DNA of 64,000 nucleotides, from NCBI GenBank assembly GCA_021613535.1, contig CP075493.1, positions 6,014,001-6,078,000 of the forward strand, written 5' to 3'. The notes under the pieces were generated by a model. The model was not told the DNA's origin. It was given only the letters and a program-made list of their open reading frames with translations, and did no database searches. The stretch is from Adineta vaga (lineage: Eukaryota; Animalia; Rotifera). Positions within the stretch are counted from its first letter, which is position 1. Each line of letters starts with the position of its first letter. Shown here piece by piece: positions 54,201 to 64,000 of the stretch. Both the position numbers and the translations under genes were made by a program.

Positions 54201-55016
54201 CTTACCAAAAGAATATGAACTTGACATGTTAATAAATCTGGAGTCATATCTGATGTATAAGTTGTATATTGATCACGTACTTTTTCATAACATGCAGCTG
54301 CACATCGAAAATATGTACAAGCATTTTTAATGCTCTAAACAGAAGAGAAATAGAAACAAGATCAAATAGTTTGCTTTCGTACATCATGTGTTCTTCGTGG
54401 TTCATTGGCACCTAATCGTGAATACATTGCACCAAGATTATATAAAATACATGCTTCTTCAAATCGAACATCATTATATGAATTTTCTTCTTTTTGATAA
54501 GCATCTTCCCTAAAAACAAAGAAGAATCAAACATATTCGATTGATGAAAAATCGTACCAAGTAAATCGAACAGCACATTCCGTTTCAGGTAACATTGGAA
54601 AACGATTTCGTAATAATTGTAATTGACAAAAATATCGTTTAAGTAATTGAATACCCGACTGATCAGCTGTTGAATTAATTGTATTCTATAAATAATAATT
54701 TGATTTTACCATATATTTCAAAGAATGTTTACTTGACGAAGACGATTCATTTGTTCACATTCACTGGCATATTTATCACCTGATTCTTGATAAGTTGATG
54801 CAATATACTATAATTTTATATACGATTTTTGTTTTAGAAGACATAAGAAAACAACAAGTTAACATACACTAGGAATTTTTTCACATAGATTAACTGTTTC
54901 AATCGAAACTTTAGGATCGAAACCGATCGCAGATAAACGTGGACAACCTGTATAGAAATATACAAATAATTCTAATGAAAAAAAACAAAAAAGTTTTTAA
55001 TCATTTTACCTTCCAT
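48287..55016 (-). CDS. PTPN23: HD-PTP (Bro1 + V domain + Pro/Gln-rich region + PTP domain)
   Basis: Start MEG|CPRLSAIGF. Bro1 motifs (LKRYFCQL, FEEACILYNLGA, DNDSVYFE, DIFQKLVP...ASEYSEEKAKLLR), long Pro/Gln exon, and PTP motifs NRFQDLIP, DYINAT, DFWSMIYDQ and VTCMSGVSRTG. Confidence 0.93.
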
Positions 55017-55605
55017 ATTGATGACAAAGAAAAATAAAATCTAAAAATGACGATGATTAAATAGAATTATCTTCTGATTTTGATGACTTCTTACCGAAAA
55101 ATGATTAGATACGAAGAGAATAACTAAATATAAGAATGCTTCATGTTTCTTCTAATTAGTCATAAATCTAAACAAAATATCATTGGTTGATTTATTTGTA
55201 CTAGACAATGAATGTAGTTTAAGGAAGGGGGCGTGATAGGATTGTTACATACATACTTCTCAACGAAAGATTTCAATTTAAGAAAATAATTTGTTCTTGT
55301 ACTAGTAAAACAAACTGCATATTTTGTACTACAGATAATAAGTAATTGATATCAACGATGCTCTTAGTACTCGCATAGCGATAGTATTTTGTACAATTCA
55401 TAATAATGATATATATTCAATTCATCTGAAATATCAGTATCCGAATTCGAAAGCCTATAATAATCGTATTGTTAAGTATTTGATGTTTGTGTATATTTTA
55501 GAGAAATTAAACTTGAAAATTTTCTTCCAATTAAATGAAATATGTCAATTTCTCGACAGAGTGAGAATATTAAATAATTAGTGAGGTATAGACAAATCTA
55601 GTGAA

Positions 55606-55625
55606 CACGAGCGCCCTCTCTTCTG
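55606..55625 (-). promoter_or_regulatory. CTCF-like motif in PTPN23/GTF3C3 divergent promoter
   Basis: Minus strand reads CAGAAGAGAGGGCGCTCGTG. Confidence 0.45.
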
Positions 55626-55759
55626 CAAACTCAATACTTGGTTATATCATGTCGCAATAGAATGATACGATCACGAGAGATTTACCAATCATTATCTTCT
55701 TTCAAAGTTTGTGATGAAACCACGATTGTATCTCTTGTAATTCAAATTGAACTATAACA

Positions 55760-58700
55760 ATGACATCATCTAATAAATTTCTCGAACATTTTCGTAATTT
55801 ACAAGCTGGAGAAAGTGAAAAAGCAGGTGCAGCAGAAATACTTGCTTATCTTAATGGTTTGGATTGAAAATTGAAATTTTTGAAAAAAGAAAATCATATC
55901 ATTTCGTCTCTTTTCAGGTGATTTATCATTTCAAGAGTATGAAAAACGTGTTCGTGAAGTGAATACCGATTTTTCCAACGTATCTGTCGGTAAAGTTCTC
56001 GATACGCGTGAAACTGAAATTGTTGATATTGATAAATTAATTGATGAATTAAGTGATATTGATGATATAAGTGGATTAAGTAGTAGTTCAAGTGAAAATT
56101 CCGAAGAATCTCAACAAGAAACTGAATCTTCAAAGAAAAAAAAGACTGAAAATGAATCGAAAACAAAACGTCGTCGACGAAAGAAACCACAGGAATCAGA
56201 TGACGAAGATGATTCCAATGATGATAACGACGAAAAAATCATGGATCCAAATGAAATGCGTAATAAAATGGTACGACATTTAGAAGAAATGCGTTTGGCT
56301 AATCAAAAAAGAAAACGAAGTAATAAAAAATATTCATCAATCATCTTTCGAAATTTAATTATTTGTTTTTCAAGAACGATCTGAAAAATCTAAACGTTCA
56401 ACAGCTCGAAAACGACCTGCAACAACCGTAAGGACTTTTCCACATAAATTTTCAACCGATTACAAATATGTGTTGTTGTTTTTTTGTAGACAGAAAAAGT
56501 ACCGAAAAGCCGTCTAAATCAAGAATATCAAGCATTAATGGGTGAAGCAAATATGGCTTATGTTCATGGAGATATTCCGAAAGCATTAAGAATATGTCAA
56601 GAAGTTATTACAAATGGTAGAAATCTCTTCTTCTATTTTTGAATTATCAATTCCTTTTGTAATCTTCTTCGTTAGTACCAAATGCAGCTGAACCATATCT
56701 GACGATTGCACGAATTTATGAAGATCAAAACGAACATGAGAAAGCATTTGAAGTAAATAATTCACGTTACTTTATTCGAAAAGAAGACTTCATTTTTTTC
56801 TTAGATGAATTTTTTTGCTGCTCATTGTCAACGTTCGAAAGATTTATGGACTCGTATGCTTGCAGAATGTCAACAACGACAAGCGAATGATTTAATAACA
56901 ACATGTTACAATCATAGTAAGTTTTCTTTTATCATTATGATTGAATCCTTTGACTCACAATAAATTCATTCCCTTAACTTTGACAATAATTTATTTATTT
57001 ACATCAAAGTAAACCACACATACACACTATGCTTACAAAAACAATGATTGATTAATTAATAAGTTCATTTTCATAAATATGATCATCATATTGTGGTAGA
57101 GCAATCCATCGAAATGTTTCGCCACCGAAAATAAATGGTGATTTATTTTCTAAGTGATCTATTTTTCGTGGTTGTTCAATTGGTTTATGTCGTTGACATT
57201 TGAAATTCTTGAATAGTTTTGTTAAATGTTTCAATGGCATAAAACATGATGATGATGTTGTCAGAGGATTTTCAATAATTTGTTCATATTGTTTTTGTAT
57301 GGATTCAACATTATCGAGTATTTGTTGAAGAGTATAATTTTTCTTCTGTTGGACATAATTATCATTGTCATGTACATAGTCGTAAATAGAATCTCTTTGA
57401 TGATCACGATAATCATCATTGGGAAGAATTGGTGATAGGATATCTTTCTTTGGCGTTGAATTTGTAAAACTTTTTGTCGAAATATCAACGTAAATATCAA
57501 CATTAAGTGGATGAACGTCGTCAATGTGTATACGAAGCATAGTATGAAAATGAATGAGTGGAAAAAACAGATGTGGTTAATTGAAGAAGGAGAAAATATT
57601 TAGTTGACAAAGAAAAGGTGTTATAATGAGTGTATGCAACAGATGGACACATTCATTAGAAGGAAAAGAGAAAAGATATCTCATCCTGTCTCTCATAACA
57701 ACACGTTCAGAAAGAGAACGCGACTGAGACAAAAAATATTTGTTTGATGAGTAGAAGAACACAAATTCAAGTGATTTGTACCTATAGAATGATCTTTTGT
57801 ATTTCGTCCAAATGACTTTGTTCATGTAAATATAAGTAGATTTATATACCTAATTTACAGTAGAAAAAGAAAGAATAACATGTGTATTATTGTCCAGACA
57901 TTAGACTATTTATTTTGTAAACTTGATTAGTAAATTCAACTTCACACTCAAATAACTGTTAACTTTATTTTTTAGTTGTCAAAATCGATCCTACGGATAT
58001 TGATATGCATTTAAGCCGTATAGCTCATATTGAAACGCATGGAACTCGAAAACTTTATTTAAGTGGTTTACAATCATTACTTATGGCTTTACATCCATCA
58101 GAAAAGCCGGAACAGAAACCATTATATTTAGAAAAATATCGAATTCTTTTACAAGTCAATAGAATATTTGTTTAATGATTCCTAATGAAATCTTAATTAT
58201 TTTAGGCAACATTAGCATCGGAACGAAAAGATACAGATTTACAAACATTATTCTACAAAGGTCTCAATGATCTTGGAACAGATTTTCCATCTGAATGTTA
58301 GTTTTATTTCAAATCCAATAAAAGAATATTGTCTAGACTAATATTTTCAGATATCGAACGTTTATTACAAATGCAATATAATTCAAAATTATATCCAGAA
58401 TTACTCAAAGTAAAACGAGGGATAATCCATCGAGTGTATTGAATTTTTAGTTTTTTTTTCTATCGATGTAGAATATGATCAATTTTACTGGTGTTCGTTT
58501 ATCGAAATATCAAACTGAATTAGAATTACCTGTTGATACAACAGATTTAGATGATCTGAAAGATGCAGAGTAAGTTCTACAATACGTAGTACACATTTTA
58601 AAGACTAATGAAAAACTTTATTAAAAAAGACTTGCCTTATGCAATGTATTGCTAACATATTCAAAAAAGCATGAGTCATCCTTATACTTGAATTTATATC

Positions 58701-60414
58701 GATGAACATAAGAGAAAAAGAATTCTATGTTTTGTTTTCTCCATTTAGTTTTTCATTACCCGAATTTTATCGAACAGATTATTATGCTATGTTTCTCGTA
58801 GCAATTACTGATTTAGGTTGTTCTACTGTTGCATTAGTAAGTGAAGAAAATGATCGTTGTTCTTTATTTTTCGAAAAACGAAACCATTTTTCTAGCGTCT
58901 TTTACCTGCTTATAAATCAAATGTTCGTTCTACAGATCAATTATTATGTCTTGATGTTATGTCAGCATTTGCATTAAATGATTATCTGATTGAAGCATGT
59001 CAATTATTTGAACATCTCTCATCATTATCAAAATTATCAGCACAATCTTGGTTTCAATATTCGGAATGGTTAATAGCTCTATCAAAATCTCATGAAGCAT
59101 ATGAAGCATTAGAACAAACATTAAGACTTGAACCACAATATAATGAAGCACGTTTATCTCTATCAGCATTACAAAAACAAAATGGAATGAATGAACAAAG
59201 TCAACATACATTAGCTGAAGTTGTTAGTCGACCAATAAAACAAGAATTAAATGAACAATCCGATTTTCATGATCAAAATGATGATGATGAAGAACAACAA
59301 GAAGTAACAGTTGAAAAAATTCATCTATTAGTGGAACGTTGTATTACACTCTATGATCAAAATCAACTGACACTCTTCATTCCATGTGCAATGCAATTAT
59401 TTTTTGGTTCAATTAAATATCTTCTAACACTTGATTGTTCGAAACGTTTAATTAACTGTGGAACACGTGCACGTCGATTAGAATTAATACAAAAATTAGT
59501 CGATGAAAAACGAATTATATTAAATCCATCATATACAAGAATAAATACAGTATTAAAAAATCGTATCATTGATATCTATGGTAAATTTTGTGATGTACTT
59601 ATACAGATTAAACGACATGATCTACTGTTAAGAGTAACTGCAGCAGGAACAGTCATTCCGTTTCTTTATGCAAGAATCGATTGGTATGATGTGAAAAATA
59701 TCTTCGTGTTGTTTTTCTCTTGAAAATCATACGGTATATCTTTATTTTAGGCTTGTTTTAACTGAATTTCTTCTATTCATCAGTTTAATGCTACAACAAA
59801 ATGGTGATCTTGCTTTTCAAACATGTCGAGAAATCTTTCGTTGTTATTCGAAATCTTCTGTCATTCAAAATCTCTTTGCTTTAACAGCAACGATTACACC
59901 CAGTGTTCGTTTACAAAAATTTTGTGTTCGTTCATTACAAAAACGACCTAATTCACCTATTCTTCATCATATGGTTGGTAATTTTGCTTTAATCGGTGGT
60001 ACCTATCGTTTAGCTATTATACACTATATGAAATTATTTCGTTTAACACCAGATGAACCACTTGTTTCGTTATTATTAGCTATTTCATTTGTACATGTTG
60101 CTTGTCAAAAATATGCATATTCAAGGCATCAACGTGTTCTTCATGCACTTGCTTTTCTTAAACAATATCGAAATTTACGTGGTGAATGTACAGAAACATA
60201 TTATAATATTGGTCGTCTAATGCATTTTCTTTCCTTACATTATGCTGCTGCATATTTTTATCACAAATGTTTAGAAACAGAATCGCCCATTGTTGATCAA
60301 CATGATATCTATGGAATGAAATATCAAGCAGCATATAATCTTGCTTTGATTTATAAAGCAAGTAAGAATGAAAAATTTGCTCGACATATTATACGAACAT
60401 ATATGACTCTGTAA
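55760..60414 (+). CDS. GTF3C3: General transcription factor 3C subunit 3 (TFIIIC TPR subunit)
   Basis: EILAYLNGDLSFQEYEKR N-terminus, LMGEANMAY TPR start, and C-terminal ETYYNIGR...AAYNLALIY characteristic of Tfc4/GTF3C3. Confidence 0.9.
57052..57540 (-). CDS. Nested antisense intronless ORF (162 aa) in GTF3C3 intron 56917-57975, unknown function
   Basis: Long ORF for this AT content. Minus-strand GGTATATAAAT TATA at about 57839-57850 and AATAAA at about 56990-56999. The host intron is about 1.06 kb, against about 55 bp for typical introns here. Confidence 0.6.
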   Translation of the reverse strand: MLRIHIDDVHPLNVDIYVDISTKSFTNSTPKKDILSPILPNDDYRDHQRDSIYDYVHDNDNYVQQKKNYTLQQILDNVESIQKQYEQIIENPLTTSSSCFMPLKHLTKLFKNFKCQRHKPIEQPRKIDHLENKSPFIFGGETFRWIALPQYDDHIYENELIN

Positions 60415-60786
60415 TTTCATGTCTTTTATTCGTGATTTTTGATTGTTTTATGCATCATAGACTTTCTTGAAAATATCTCTAAATGAACTAGCCCAAATCA
60501 CTTTAAAAATATGATTTTGTACAGAATTAAAAGTCGATATTAAAGCTGAAATACATTCACTAGATCATATAGCCCTTTAGTAGTAGAATTTCGTGAATTC
60601 TGAAAGACTTTGATGACATAATGAAAAATCGCATCTCGGTTTTTTATCAGAATTGATCATCAAAAGAATACTAGACTTATAAATAAAAAAAATAATGATT
60701 TGAATGTCAGTTTTATCATAACTAGTTTATTTGTAGGATAAATGTAAAGTAGAGTCTATCATATATGAATCAAAATAAACGAACTA

Positions 60787-61052
60787 TCAACCGTCAAAAC
60801 AAGCAAAACAGCAAATATCACAACAATCCGTATCACCAGACGTATCTTCAAAATTACAAGCACCTTGATAATTGGAAATTAAATCAATAGAACTGATTCC
60901 AACCATGGATTCCGAAGAATCTTTATACTGTTGATTAGAAGATCCCATCTTATCTAAATTAAAATAATTTATCAGTAAAAATAAATATTTTATCAAGAGA
61001 ATTTCTTACTGGATGAATCTAATACTGGTTGAACACTAGCACGACTACCCAT
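60787..61052 (-). CDS. 69-aa microprotein with N-myristoylation motif and Cys-rich tail (exons 61052-61010 and 60953-60787)
   Basis: MGSRASVQPVLDSS(N), then a 56-bp GTAAG...TTTAG intron in phase, then ...DTDCCDICCFACFDG*. TATA-like sequence at about 61103-61112. Confidence 0.65.
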
Positions 61053-61949
61053 TGTTGATCGTTTATGGTACACTTCTATTACTTTTCCAGTTATTGCAAG
61101 TTATTATATAAGACGAAAGGAATGTTTCTCTGACTTACTTTTTTTGAGTTTTTTTTCTTCAACTAATTTGAATTACTGTAAATCATAATGTATATTGACA
61201 TCAGTTAGAGCGTATATCATAGTAATTCTATGATTTTGTCTCTTTCAAGAAAAGAAAAGAAAGAGACGTTTGTAATATACATCAATGCTTTAGAAACAAT
61301 AAGAATGCAGTTTTTTTGTGAAATCTTTCATCTTCTAATTGAAGTTATTATTTGATCAGGAATTCTATCATCGATCTATTGCTTTCGAAAATGAATTGAG
61401 ATGACTTACTTGTTGAAGAACTATCCGCAAAAATACTTATCGAAACCATCCTTGCCCTCTTCTGATTTACGGTATCGTTCCGATTAATATCTGCCCAGTC
61501 AGTAACTTCATTATTCCACCCCAAAACTACTTAGACGATTTGAAATTAATAACAGTAAACGATTTTATAATATGTTGTCTTCAATCTACTGTTTCGAATG
61601 TTATTTTTGCATGAAAAATTATCTTTATAATTCAATCTTTCGAAGACAACTAGTTCTCATCTAAAGTTTTGAAAAACGTTTTATGTTTATTTAATTGATA
61701 AAACAAAAATCTTTACCAAAATAAGAGATATTTATTGTAAACAGAACTGTCGCGAGTGGAAAGCCACAAGAAAATATTTGATTTCCTCCTAATGATAAAA
61801 AATAATGGATAATATGTATTCAACTGCTGTGTTCATACGTTACCCATGATTGTTACTACTAACAAGCGTAAATTTTCCAAAATTAAAATCAGTAGATCAC
61901 AATCACGAGTGAAAAAAGTTATAACAAACTTCAATATCCCATCTATTTC

Positions 61950-61964
61950 TATAGATGGCGCTAT
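61950..61964 (+). promoter_or_regulatory. CTCF-like motif in microprotein/GOLPH3 divergent promoter
   Basis: Plus strand reads TATAGATGGCGCTAT, directly followed by a CCAAT box. Confidence 0.5.
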
Positions 61965-62390
61965 CGGCCAATAATTCAACTCTTTATTTTTCATTCTATT
62001 TAATTTATTATCAAAATAATATGATAGATAAAAAACTTTATTTTTCATTTATTTTTCATTCTTGACCAAAGTCAAACAGGTGTGCTCATATCAAATCAAT
62101 GACTCATAGTTAAGCAAACAAAACAAACATACATTTTTGCTTCATTCACAAACATTTCACACTCACATGTCATTGAAAAAAAACAAGTAGCAATGAAAAT
62201 TACATCGTTTTCAATCTTTTTTCTTTTAGTAGCTAAACAAAAAAGTTCTAGTTCCAAAAACTTTCTATATTCATATCAATAATTTTGATCGATTCATCTA
62301 GAAATGATCGAACTGACTGACCTTGGTTTATAATTTTCACTTCTTGTTTTCTTTCTAGAAAAAAAACTTTCCTAATTATAAAACAAGACG

Positions 62391-64000
<1,610 letters not shown>

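Overview
AT-rich eukaryotic (metazoan) genomic DNA with dense genes and many short (about 50-60 bp) GT-AG introns. The style is consistent with a bdelloid rotifer, which is inference from gene architecture only. Gene order: intronless type II membrane S1 serine protease (+), discoidin-domain receptor with a degenerate kinase (+), carnitine acyltransferase CROT-like (-), ceramide synthase (+), allatostatin-C-type neuropeptide precursor (+), neprilysin/M13 peptidase (+), TBC-like protein with an RFX X-box (-), AAK1/BMP2K kinase (-), Rad6/UBE2A-like E2 (-), probable COX7B-like small protein (+), a 13-kb tandem array of four genes (five modules) of a type II membrane family I do not recognise, with polybasic cleavage sites and two inverted-repeat insertions (+), hexokinase (-), PTPN23/HD-PTP (-), GTF3C3 (+) with a nested antisense ORF, a 69-aa Cys-tailed microprotein (-), and the 5' part of GOLPH3 (+). 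The most notable observations are: (1) a pair of mutually exclusive exons that would swap the substrate-pocket segment of the neprilysin; (2) the diversifying, mosaic tandem family with a two-module member; (3) a CTCF-like motif in all four head-to-head promoters; (4) a pseudokinase DDR. Gene coordinates span start codon to stop codon including introns. They were spliced by hand without transcript data.
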